Source of the DNA: Zygnema circumcarinatum SAG 698-1b
Lineage: Eukaryota > Plantae > Zygnematophyceae
Direction of reading: 5' to 3'
DNA: 64,000 nt
Assembly (NCBI GenBank): GCA_037447605.1
Contig: CM074821.1
Location: forward strand, 558,001-622,000
Numbering within the stretch: position 1 is the first letter of the stretch; every line of letters starts with the position of its first letter. A program made the translations under genes and the position numbers. Of this stretch, positions 38,001 to 49,341 are shown in pieces. Under the pieces are notes generated by a model. It saw nothing but the letters and a program-made list of their open reading frames with translations. It did no database searches and was not told the origin of the DNA.

Positions 38001-38372
38001 TCAATCTCTCCGCCTCTCCCCCTTCCACCTCTCCCTTCCCCTCTCGTCTTCCCTCCGTCCTTCCCCCCTTCCCCCCTCCTTCCTCTCTCCATCTCATTCT
38101 CTCTCCCTCTCCTTAACTCATCATCTCCTTCCATCTCCCTTTCTCTCTCCCTCTCTCCCTCCCTCCTTCTCCCTCCTTCCTTCCCTCCCTCCCTCCCTCT
38201 CTCCTTCCCTCCCTCCCTCTCTCCCTCCCTCTCCTCCCTCCCTCCTCTCTCTCCCTCCCCTCCCNNNNNNNNNNCCCCCCCCCCCCCCCCTCACCTCCAC
38301 CCGGCCAGCCTGCACGCCCCCCTCCACGAGCATCAGCCGCAACGCCTGGAAAAGGCCTCCCTTACCCGCCAT
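30292..38372 (-). CDS. POLL: DNA polymerase lambda (X family; BRCT, 8-kDa lyase and catalytic domains)
   Basis: Exons 38372-38295, 37382-37245, 36599-35910, 35767-35686, 35474-35344, 34961-34899, 34248-34069, 33476-33423, 32793-32705, 32193-32100, 31826-31746, 31452-31385, 31214-31130 and 30390-30292. Motifs RRSFSYYKA, IWGIGP, GGSYRRG..SGDVDLL, RIDFK, AWTGN and EPNERNL*. Confidence 0.95.
30499..30949. repeat. (GAT)n trinucleotide microsatellite, about 450 bp, in the last POLL intron
   Basis: Direct reading; produces the poly-Met ORF. Confidence 0.95.
37125..37218. repeat. AACCAACAGCC/AACCAAC minisatellite in POLL intron
   Basis: Tandem aaccaacagccaaccaac units. Confidence 0.8.
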
Positions 38373-38380
38373 GGCTGCGT

Positions 38381-38410
38381 GCCACGTGGCGCTTCTGGGC
38401 GCCACGTGGC
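38381..38410. promoter_or_regulatory. Twin perfect G-boxes as a 12-bp inverted repeat just upstream of the POLL ATG
   Basis: gccacgtggcgc-ttctgg-gcgccacgtggc. Confidence 0.5.
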
Positions 38411-38692
38411 GGCCTTCCAAGCCCCGACACTGCCACCTGGCCGACGCTGTCGGCGACCCGCCGAGTCCCCCGCGCCGGCGTTCCATGTGCCGCAGTTCCA
38501 GTTAGTTTGGTTTCCCCTTCCATGCTCACCGTTACTCGGAAATGTGTTTTACGGGAATTTCGAAATTCAAGTGTCACGATTTCAGCTGCAAAGCTTTTGC
38601 GGCCAAAGCACTGCGCCGATTGGCCCACAATTGCCATTTATTAGTTTCCGTCAAATTTTCCAATTTTTAATAATATATTGTGAATCTATTAT

Positions 38693-38746
38693 CCAATCAC
38701 TATCAGACACGTCATCACAATTAAACAGGTGGCGGAATTTAATTGG
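38693..38746. promoter_or_regulatory. ERSE-like dyad in the POLL/ATP-delta bidirectional promoter
   Basis: CCAAT-cactatcag-ACACG-16 nt-GGTGG-cggaattta-ATTGG. Confidence 0.55.
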
Positions 38747-39084
38747 ATAATTTACCTACGCGCACTATACTGTTACCGTACATTGTTGTACGGAATTGTC
38801 GCCTGGTCCAGTTTTTCTCTGCAAACCAAGATCCTTAAACCGACAGTTTTTAGTGCCTCCCTCTCTGACCTAAAGTGTCCTCTCCCTCCCTCCGCCTCCT
38901 CCCTCCCTTGGGCCTCTCTCCCTCCCCATCCCTCTCGCGTGCAGGAGGGCCGCCTGCTGTACTGTAAGAGCTCCCCCCTTCCCGCTCCTGCAAGAGGAAG
39001 GCCTTCCTTGCTCTCCACTTTCCCCTCTACCTCTCCACTCTCTCCTTTCCCTTCCTCTGCTTTCTCTCCCTCTGCTCTCCCGCC

Positions 39085-40756
39085 ATGTTCCGCCAGGCAG
39101 CACGCCGTCTCCTGCAGCCTTCTCTGGGAGGCGTCCGGCGCTATGCTGATCTGCCGGAGGGATTCAAGGAGGCATTTAAGAAGGTGGCTCCAAACCTGGA
39201 CCTCCCTCAGACTCCCTCCACCTTCCTCAAGGAGAGGCCCGCCATTCCCTCAGCCATTCCAGAGAAGCTGACCGTCAACTTCGTGCTGCCGCACGAGATG
39301 CCGTTCACCAACAAGCAGGCGAGTGATTTTTGCCAAAGATCTCCATGTATACGCCCTTTTTTTTTGTTTTTATAAATGGTGATGATGGTGATGATGATGA
39401 TGATTCCGGCAATGTCGCATGGAAACTCGTTTTTGGAGGCTCCATGATGAGGTAAAGTGATGCCGGAATGTGTTTAGTGTCCGATGTACCTAAAGCCGCA
39501 TTTTGTTGGAGTCTGCTCGTGCAAGCAGGGCAACCCTAACATGCAACCCTAGTTACTTCTTTAGAATGTGGGAAGAGTAATCATTTTTTTAGCCTCTCGT
39601 ATATGTAAGCCGAAATATGTTCCGTATATTCCAGTGCTTGTAGGGCACGCCTGCCTCACTGCGGAGTCGGGACAACTGTTGCTTTCAAACCAGCACAGAC
39701 ATCCGTCATCATATGTCTTTTTTCTCTTTATCTTTGAATGCGTTGAAGATGATGTTAGGGTCGCCAATATTAAATAGAATAGGTGCAGGTGATATCGTCT
39801 TAAAGATATCAAGTAGTGGAACGGTTGTCCTGCTTGCAGACGCCAACTCAAAGTTTTTGCTGAACTGACATTTTTTTTGCCGCATTTGGCTTTTTGGATT
39901 TTTTTCTGTGCGAGTTTTGAGCTGCTCCATCCCTGTTTGAACATTGGCTGTTGAAATTGCTCAAAACTACAGCTCAGCCAAATCTGGTCTGCATTTGTAA
40001 ATCTGAGCGTGTTGAACCTGATCACTGCTTTCCCGGCTGTGCTCATCTGTTCAGGAATGTATACTGTGGTTAAGGCTAATGGAGTATGCTTCATATTGAA
40101 GCCCTCGTTCTAATTATTAAAAATTCAAAGATTATCAATGTACTTGTGATAAAGTATCATTTAAAAGTTAGTTTTGACGTATGCAGTCTATGTGGACAAT
40201 GTGACAGCCAGTACGAGAGTGATGGAAGCATATGCAGCACTTTGTTTACGGATACAAAAAGACTTGGAGGACATTTACTTGCACTTTGTTGGACTGTGTT
40301 GTCGCCTATCCTCTCCAATCGTCTCTGCAATCAGTATTATTCATTAGCTTAACTCCCGCTTTTGTTTTGTGTGTATTCATGCTCTCACAATGGGGAACTG
40401 CTCCACTGCAGGTCGACCAAGTCATCGTTCCTGCAACATCAGGACAGATGGGAGTCCTCCCCGGCCACGTTCCCACCATTGCAGAGTTGAAACCCGGAGT
40501 GCTCTCTGTCTTCGAAGGAGGCAGTGAGACTAAGTACTTTGTCAGCAGCGGGTTCGCCTTCATCCATGCGAACTCAGTCTTAGATGTCTGCGCCGTTGAA
40601 GCCGTTCTCCTCGACACCATAGATCCGGAGGAGGTGAAGAAAGGACTTGCTTCCTACACTGCCAAGCTCGGCTCTGCCTCAACAGACCTCGAGAAGGCGG
40701 AGGCACAGATCGGGGTGGAGGTGCATGCAGCCATGAACTCTGCATTGGGCTTGTGA
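39085..40756 (+). CDS. ATP16: Mitochondrial F1 ATP synthase delta' subunit
   Basis: Exons 39085-39318 and 40412-40756. Presequence [10 protein letters not shown]; [40 protein letters not shown] and [14 protein letters not shown]. Confidence 0.96.
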
Positions 40757-42015
40757 GAGCAGAGGCTATCGCAAGTGTGAGGAAAGAAGAGAAGCTGAGA
40801 TATGTTGAGTTTGAAGTGGAGAGGTTTTAAGGAGCCGTTAAAAGCTCGGGCGCTGCGCCAATGCCTTTCTCCTGGTCCCAATCTTGTAGTGCACAAATGT
40901 AACTCCACAAATTGGTAAGTGGTAAGAGCTTCCTTTGTGAGTTACATGCCCTTTGTCTTGCCGATTTTAGGGCCCTATTTTTTCTTCTTTTTCTGGGCTT
41001 CTTTTTTTCCAATGGGACTTTGTTAGGCGTAGGATATGATCCGACGGCAGAGACAGGGATTCCTCTCAATTGGTGGAATGTGATGAGCATAGAGAAGCTG
41101 AACTTTTTAATTATGATCGATCATCTGCATGTAATGTGTGTCATGTTGTCTTTAGGTTTCCCTGTTGAACATGGCTAGTTTGCCGGTTTTGAACGAAAGG
41201 GGGCGGACTTGTGAGGGCTGGTTCAACTGCAACTGGATACTTGGGAGAGTTATACCATACATGCGATGAACAGAGCAAAAATTGACACAAAGGAAAAGGT
41301 AAAAAAGTACTTAAGTTGCAATTAGATAAGGTACAGATTCCAACTCGAGTTTTTACAAATTTAGCGCCTTCGGGTACTTTGCTGTAATGGATATGCAGGG
41401 CGTCGACCAGCTACTCTTCCAGCCTAATTCCATGTCGCAGTCTCAGTTTCGTCTAACGAAATATTCCCCGCCGCTCCATGTCGACAAAAAATTGCAAACG
41501 ACCAATAGAGCGAGCTTGTGCCTATCTTACCACCGACTCTTAGAACTGATGTTCAAGTAAAAGAAGAAGATTCATCATCGAGTTTTCTGCTTCCCGTCAT
41601 CGACATCGGGATCAGATGCGTGCGAAGGTGGAAATTATTACTTTTGGTTTGATTAAACTCTAAAAAAAATTGACTTGAAAACAAGCACATCCAGGTGCTG
41701 CACGTAACCCTAAAACTTACATGTCTCACAACCTCTTATTGCGATCCGCCACTTCTATGTGACAGACCCGGCAGGAACCCTAAAAGCCTGGAACCCCTGG
41801 AAATCTCTAGCTTCTTGGGACCTTAAACGAGAAGAAAAATCTCCTAACAGCAAACCTTAAACCCCTAAAAATGTGATGGAACACGATCTCGTTGCATTTG
41901 GAAGGCAGCGGTGTCTGTGTGCAGCCCACTTGTACACCACCCCTACCATTTTATGTTACGTTTATTCTTGTTATTATTATTATATTAGTACCATAAAGTG
42001 CTGCAGAATTGTGCA

Positions 42016-42176
42016 CTAAGGAGGGCGGCGCAAGCCGAGGAAGAGTGCGATTGCAATGAGAAGGCTGAGAGAGAGCCTCCCTCCAGGGAGAAGCACGGGG
42101 GCCTGCTTCAGCACCTTCTTCATTTTCCTGCAGATCCGTCCCAGGAATGGAAAAAAATAAAATAAATAAGGGGGGG

Positions 42177-42209
<33 letters not shown>

Positions 42210-43929
42210 GGGGGGGGGGGCAGAGAGAGAGAGCGAGAGAGCGGGGGAGATGAGCTTCAAAAAAGGAATTGGCGCTCAGTCGGCAGAGGAGGAAGGAGCA
42301 GCACCTGAAGGGACTCCCATATCGAAGCACCCACGCCATCAATGGGGGTAGAACTCCAAACAAAAAGCAGTTCGCATATAGTCCTGCAAACTCTAAGGAA
42401 GATGAAAATATGGCGGGACACGACATTGCCAGAATTAAAGGTGGAAGAATGGCGGCTGTATATATCCATATCTTCTTAGCTGCTCTTCCGTCTCTCTCGT
42501 CCGCACTCGCTACATTCGACAGAAGGACAGAATCTTCATAGGAATCGCCGCTTTTCGCATCAGAAAATTTGAGGGTATGCTTCCACATGTCAATTGTGTC
42601 AGATAACTGTTTCGGAAAGCTTAGCGCGTATCCAATCAAAGTTGTTCCTAGGGCGGAGAATGCAAAAGCGCGCACACAGGGAGCTGCCGATGTGCCTAAA
42701 GATAGGAGCAGTTTGATTGGGTCAGCTGACTTGGAAGCAGAAGTAGATAAAGTAGGAGCTATTCCGAGGATCACTGTGTTCCATGCAAGCACCATAGCCA
42801 GAGGGATAGCCCCTCCAAGCAATACAGCTTTCCGAGACCGCCGAACATTGCCCTTTAAAAGGCTGCATATGAGAGGAGTCACTACATGAAACCCTAATGT
42901 TAGCACCGTAATTGGGACAGCCGGGAGCATTGCCGTAGATGTCCATACTGACTTTCTAAGAGCCTCCCCGAATGCGATATGCGGCAAACCAAAGGCCAAA
43001 AGAAGCATGGAAGATGTAAGCATTAGCACACAAAGTCCTCGGTTGACGGAGTCGATCAAAGTGAAAGGGCCTCTAATAGCAGCGAATGAAATGGCGGCTG
43101 TGCAGGCCAACGATGCGACAGGTGGCGCAACGAAAGAGCTCGTTGCTGCAGATATTATGTCGCCGAGCCCGGCAATGCAGGCCACTAGTAAAGCGTAGTT
43201 CAGAGCTCCATACACAGAAGCTGCTACCAGGGCCATCCTTAACCCTAATGTCTCTGCAGCAAGCCCGGTAAAGCTCACTTCCTGCCATCCATTCGCAGCC
43301 ATGGCGGCATGACCGACTTCCACAACAAGCAGAATGGAAGCCATGACGTACGACCAGCTGCCCACGATGATGAGAGTGGAGGGCAGTAGCCCTGCTGGGA
43401 GGGTGACAGCTGGCAGCCCGAGAATGCCCGGCCCGACCGCTGTCCCCACTACGAGACTGACACATGTCAAGATGCTTCTCTCCTCACCCGCTCCCTCTCC
43501 CTCTCCCTCTCCCTCTCCCTCTCCCTCTCCCTCTCCCTCTCCCTCTCCCTCTCCCACTCTTTCGCCTGCTTCTCCCCTTTCTCCTTCAGAGAAGCTACCT
43601 TCCAGAGCGCTTCTCTCAGGCGCTGCATTCCGCCAGTCGGAAGAAATGTCTGCATTTTGAGCGCGTACTCTGTTCCCCCTCTTTGAAACGTCTTGCCTTC
43701 TCCTCCAAGTGCTGGCGATCAACCGCCACGTGGAGCCATCAGGGCTTTCGCAGCTGAGCTTTCTAATGGACGATCGACACCTGGCAGAGTCCTGGGAGAC
43801 AATGCTCACGTGTCTCCCTCTGATTGGGTGAAAGGCTCGGGAGAAGGAGGAGAAAGCTATGTCTGTGTGACACGTGGCAGAGAGGGACAGGTGGCCTTGT
43901 AAGCCGCGTAGTTTAGAGGAGCCGGACAT
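42016..43929 (-). CDS. Tryptophan/tyrosine permease family (TyrP/Mtr-like) transporter, probably plastid-targeted
   Basis: Exons 43929-42305 and 42127-42016. Ser/Arg-rich N-terminus, VVGTAVGPGILGLP, LTLGFHVVTP and about 11 hydrophobic segments. Confidence 0.88.
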
Positions 43930-44828
43930 GGAGACGAGGCGAAGAAGCAGGAGTTGAATTTCTATTCCAAAAAATATGTCAACTTTTGTTCATATCTGTT
44001 CCAAAAAAAGGTGAGCCTTTCCTCTCTCTGCCACATTTTTAGGGTTTCTGAAATCCAAGATGGCTGCTTCAGGTCGGGGAGTTTTCTTGGCGTCTGTGAA
44101 ACATCACCTCTGCATTAGGGCATATCCGACTCCCAATTTTCGAGCGGAAATTTTTCCTTTAGTACTAGTGACGATTATTAAGTCTTGCATTCCCTCTTCT
44201 AAGGGACGTCGCGAAGCTCTTGGAAGCCATGGCGCCTAAAGTTAGGGTTAGGGTTTGAGGAGCTGCAGGACCGTGCTATGCTGCTATTCCTATGAAGAGG
44301 TTCCATGCACACTGATCTCAGTTTGAGATTCTGTGATAGCGTTGACTTTGAACTGGCAGCCGTTACAGTTCAGAGCGTTGATTGATTGTAACAGGACGGG
44401 AAGAGCATGGAGACATATCGGGATACTACAATATATTTCGGACGGCCACCCGGAAAAACCCTCTGGCCTACTTAGGGTGGGGTTCCATCAGCCCGTTATT
44501 CCGACGTGGCGTCGTAATGGACGACGACCCATGGGTTCCATGAGGCCGTTTCCGCCTACGTGGCGCCGACGTGGCGCCACGTGGTAACGAGGCACCGTTC
44601 CACAGGATGCTGCTCCGGAGGTGGTGTAACGCCATTACGACCATTCGCGTGCCGCCACGTGGCTACCGAAGATCCGCCAGCGTGCGACTGCCACGCTGGC
44701 CAACGGCGTTCTGATGGAACTCGTCGTTCCATCTGAAAACGGCATCCTACGTGGACCGTAACAAGCTCGTTACGAAACGGGCTGATGGAAACCCACCCTT
44801 AGGGTGGGTTTCCATCAGNNNNNNNNNN

Positions 44829-46112
44829 CCCTCTCCCTCTCCCTCTCCCACTCTTTCGCCTGCTTCTCCCCTTTCTCCTTCAGAGAAGCTACCTTCCAGA
44901 GCGCTTCTCTCAGGCGCTGCATTCCGCCAGTCGGAAGAAATGTCTGCATTTTGAGCGCGTACTCTGTTCCCCCTCTTTGAAACGTCTTGCCTTCTCCTCC
45001 AAGTGCTGGCGATCAACCGCCACGTGGAGCCATCAGGGCTTTCGCAGCTGAGCTTTCTAATGGACGATCGACACCTGGCAGAGTCCTGGGAGACAATGCT
45101 CACGTGTCTCCCTCTGATTGGGTGAAAGGCTCGGGAGAAGGAGGAGAAAGCTATGTCTGTGTGACACGTGGCAGAGAGGGACAGGTGGCCTTGTAAGCCG
45201 CGTAGTTTAGAGGAGCCGGACATGGAGACGAGGCGAAGAAGCAGGAGTTGAATTTCTATTCCAAAAAATATGTCAACTTTTGTTCATATCTGTTCCAAAA
45301 AAAGGTGAGCCTTTCCTCTCTCTGCCACATTTTTAGGGTTTCTGAAATCCAAGATGGCTGCTTCAGGTCGGGGAGTTTTCTTGGCGTCTGTGAAACATCA
45401 CCTCTGCATTAGGGCATATCCGACTCCCAATTTTCGAGCGGAAATTTTTCCTTTAGTACTAGTGACGATTATTAAGTCTTGCATTCCCTCTTCTAAGGGA
45501 CGTCGCGAAGCTCTTGGAAGCCATGGCGCCTAAAGTTAGGGTTAGGGTTTGAGGAGCTGCAGGACCGTGCTATGCTGCTATTCCTATGAAGAGGTTCCAT
45601 GCACACTGATCTCAGTTTGAGATTCTGTGATAGCGTTGACTTTGAACTGGCAGCCGTTACAGTTCAGAGCGTTGATTGATTGTAACAGGACGGGAAGAGC
45701 ATGGAGACATATCGGGATACTACAATATATTTCGGACGGCCACCCGGAAAAACCCTCTGGCCTACTTAGGGTGGGGTTCCATCAGCCCGTTATTCCGACG
45801 TGGCGTCGTAATGGACGACGACCCATGGGTTCCATGAGGCCGTTTCCGCCTACGTGGCGCCGACGTGGCGCCACGTGGTAACGAGGCACCGTTCCACAGG
45901 ATGCTGCTCCGGAGGTGGTGTAACGCCATTACGACCATTCGCGTGCCGCCACGTGGCTACCGAAGATCCGCCAGCGTGCGACTGCCACGCTGGCCAACGG
46001 CGTTCTGATGGAACTCGTCGTTCCATCTGAAAACGGCATCCTACGTGGACCGTAACAAGCTCGTTACGAAACGGGCTGATGGAAACCCACCCTTAGGGTG
46101 GGTTTCCATCAG
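44829..46112. other. Apparently identical copy of 43535-44818 immediately after a 10-N gap (probable contig-overlap artefact)
   Basis: Offset 1294 bp. Copy 2 starts in a (CCCTCT)n tract and copy 1 ends in the MITE array, both typical contig break points. Confidence 0.75.
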
Positions 46113-47864
46113 CCCGTTATTCCGACGTGGCGTCGTAATGGAGGACGACCCATGGGTTCCATGAGGCCGTTTCCGCCAACGTGGCGCCGACGTGGCTGCC
46201 ACGTGGTAACGAGGCACCGTTCCACAGGATGCTGCTCCGGAGGTGGTGTAACGCCATTACGACCATTCGCGTGCCGCCACGTGGCTACCGAAGATCCGCC
46301 AGCGTGCGACTGCCACGCTGGCCAACGGCGTTCTGATGGAACTCGTCGTTCCATCTGAAAACGGCATCCTACGTGGACCGTAACAAGCTCGTTACGAAAC
46401 GGGCTGATGGAAACCCACCCTTAGGGTGGGTTTCCATCAGCCCGTTATTCCGACGTGGCGTCGTAATGGAGGACGACCCATGGGTTCCATGAGGCCGTTT
46501 CCGCCAACGTGGCGCCGACGTGGCTGCCACGTGGTAACGAGGCACCGTTCCACAGGATGCTGCTCCGGAGGTGGTGTAACGCCATTACGACCATTCGCGT
46601 GCCGCCACGTGGCTACCAAAGATCCGCAAGCGTGCGACTGCCACGCTGGCCAACGGCGTTCTGATGGAACTCGTCGTTCCATCTGAAAACGGCATCCTAC
46701 GTGGACCGTAACGAGCTCGTTACGAAACGGGCTGATGGAAACCCACCCTTAGGGTGGGTTTCCATCAGCCCGTTATTCCGACGTGGCGTCGTAATGGAGG
46801 ACGACCCATGGGTTCCATGAGGCCGTTTCCGCCAACGTGGCGCCGACGTGGCTGCCACGTGGTAACTAGGCACCGTTCCACAGGATGCTGCTCCGGAGGT
46901 GGTGTAACGCCATTACGACCATTCGCGTGCCGCCACGTGGCTACCGAAGATCCGCCAGCGTGCGACTGCCACGCTGGCCAACGGCGTTCTGATGGAACTC
47001 GTCGTTCCATCTGAAAACGGCATCCTACGTGGACCGTAACAAGCTCGTTACGAAACGGGCTGATGGAAACCCACCCTTAGGGTGGGTTTCCATCAGCCCG
47101 TTATTCCGACGTGGCGTCGTAATGGAGGACGACCCATGGGTTCCATGAGGCCGTTTCCGCCAACGTGGCGCCGACGTGGCTGCCACGTGGTAACTAGGCA
47201 CCGTTCCACAGGATGCTGCTCCGGAGGTGGTGTAACGCCATTACGACCATTCGCGTGCCGCCACGTGGCTACCAAAGATCCGCAAGCGTGCGACTGCCAC
47301 GCTGGCCAACGGCGTTCTGATGGAACTCGTCGTTCCATCTGAAAACGGCGTCCTACGTGGACCGTAACGAGCTCGTTACGAAACGGGCTGATGGAAACCC
47401 ACCCTTAGGGTCAGTTTCCATCAGCCCGTTATTCCGACGTGGCGTCGTAATGGACGACGACCCATGGGTTCCATCAGGCCGTTTCCACCAACGTGGCGCC
47501 GACGTGGCTGCCACGTGGTAACGAGGCACCGTTCCCCAGGACGGTCCGAAGAAGGGGGTGTAACGCCATTACGACCATTCGCGTGCCGCCACGTGGCTAC
47601 CAAAGATACGCCAGCGTGCGACTGCCACGTTGGCTGGAAGCCTCTTGCAAACCCTAAAAAACTGTCGGCAGCGACGCGCGTACGGTAACCGCAGTGGGCC
47701 ACGGCGGACGCTGCAAATCGTGCACGTGGCGATCGCTGATTGGAAAACGACGTTTTGATGGAACTCGTCTTTCTATCTGCAAAACGGCGTCCTACGTGGA
47801 CCGTAATGAGCTCGTTACGAAACGGGCTGATGGAGAATGGCCCTTAGGGTGGGTGTCCATCAGC
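45769..47864. mobile_element. Tandem array of PIF/Harbinger (Tourist-like) MITE units separated by TTA
   Basis: Units 45769-46092, 46096-46420, 46424-46748, 46752-47076, 47080-47404 and 47408-47843 (longer variant), plus the start of another at 47847. 23-bp TIRs GGGTGGGTTTCCATCAGCCCGTT; every junction is exactly TTA. Confidence 0.8.
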
Positions 47865-48227
47865 GTTTTTTCGCCGACGTGGAGGTACAGGCGTAGTTTT
47901 GGAGGATGATGTGGCGCCGTCGTGGCGCCGACTAGGACCGACGTGGAGGTACAGGCGTAGTTCCCTAGAACGACGGTATGTTGGAACGTGGCAAAAAAAA
48001 AAAAAAAGTTTGATGGGTTCGATGGGCCAATGGGATGCCTTAATGGGAGTATCGTACGAACCCTACTATTCACCTACTGTACTGTACCTCCAGATCGCCC
48101 ACAATCGTACGGTAAAACCTACAGTACAGTAAGAATGTACGGACGAAGTTTCATGTAGAACGTCGCAAGCGTCCAAGTTCTTTGTTGGTCGCATTGGGTC
48201 TCCGCTGGTCGTTGTCGGTTCAGCTAG

Positions 48228-48281
48228 TCAATCACAGCCTGCCACGTGTACAAAGCTTGCAACGTGCTAAGCTTTGATTGG
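48228..48281. promoter_or_regulatory. ERSE-like dyad between the divergent permease and kinase genes
   Basis: TCAAT-cacagcctg-CCACG-16 nt-CGTGC-taagctttg-ATTGG. Confidence 0.5.
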
Positions 48282-49341
48282 TAGTTTGATAGTAACTCAA
48301 ACTGAGTCCCGCCGTATCCCGGCCAACTGTAGGCCGATAACTTGTCGCTTTTGCCGCATTGATGAAATGCGTTGCGCTACACGACAAGGAGACGGTACGA
48401 ACGCAGACTGTCCGTTGATGCGGGTCTGTTCGCATGCGGGGTCCGTGTTACCTGGGTTGCCATCCGTACGTCTATTGTTTGTCTTTCTGCGAACATGGGG
48501 TCTTTTCCCCGCGTCCGCCCCCAAGGGACAGTCTGGATTCGTACGAGCGTCCTTGGACGCTTGCGCACGAAGTCGCCGATTCTCATAATTTGTACAAATC
48601 TGTCCGTTGGCTGACGACGTCACCCTCCGTCAGCCTCCTCATAGCGGTGGTTAGGAAGGAAATTATTTCTTCAAATGTTACTTTCTGACCGTTCATCGTC
48701 CTAGCCAATGAAATGCCCTCAGTTTTCGTCAACGGTTCCCTCCAGCCAATCTCCTGCCCGACAGTAACTTTCATTCTGCCCAAGATTCCTCAAGAGCGGT
48801 AAAATTTCCCTTCCGTACATATCCATCCGTACATCCCTCGATTCGCGGGGCCCTAACCGACCCCGGCCTGACCGACATTTTACGACCGCAGTTTCGGCCT
48901 TGCACGTGGCGCCAAAAGGTCGGTGCGTCGTCCAGCCGACAATCCACCGTCCCCTCCACGTGCCATCTCAAAAATCTGACCGTTGCTGAAACATGTGACG
49001 GGATCGGACGGCCAGGATTGAGCGCCGGGTACTTCAGGTGCCTGGAGGAGACCGTCTGTTCCTTGAAAGCGTCCTGCCGAGGCGCCTCTTGCAGGAGGAT
49101 CCCAGCAGCAGCAGCAGCAGCAGCCATGGCGGCGGTCCTTCTTCCAAACCCTAAAGCATGCGGAGCCGTCTCCTCGCCCGCACATGGATGACGCCGTATT
49201 GACATCTACGCGTGATTCCGGAGCCCCTGATGCCCTCCAAACCGCCATCTGCGAGCGGTCCCAAACCCTCCTTGTCAGCTCCCAACTGCCCTGAACGATA
49301 GATAGCTTGAGACCTTGGTCCTGAACACTGCCCTAGGCGCC

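Noticed and set aside
42128-42304. Single-exon 637-aa reading of the permease
   Set aside because: The 177-nt segment has GT/AG ends and a CT microsatellite; it is an intron that happens to be in frame.
43535-46112. Tandem duplication of the permease 5' end and promoter (1.29 kb)
   Set aside because: The copies appear identical and abut a 10-N gap, each ending in a repeat. Most likely overlapping contig ends; long reads would settle it.
45769-47843. CRISPR-like array (palindromic repeats at regular spacing)
   Set aside because: The intervening sequences are near-identical rather than unique spacers, the DNA is eukaryotic, and no cas-like ORFs are present.
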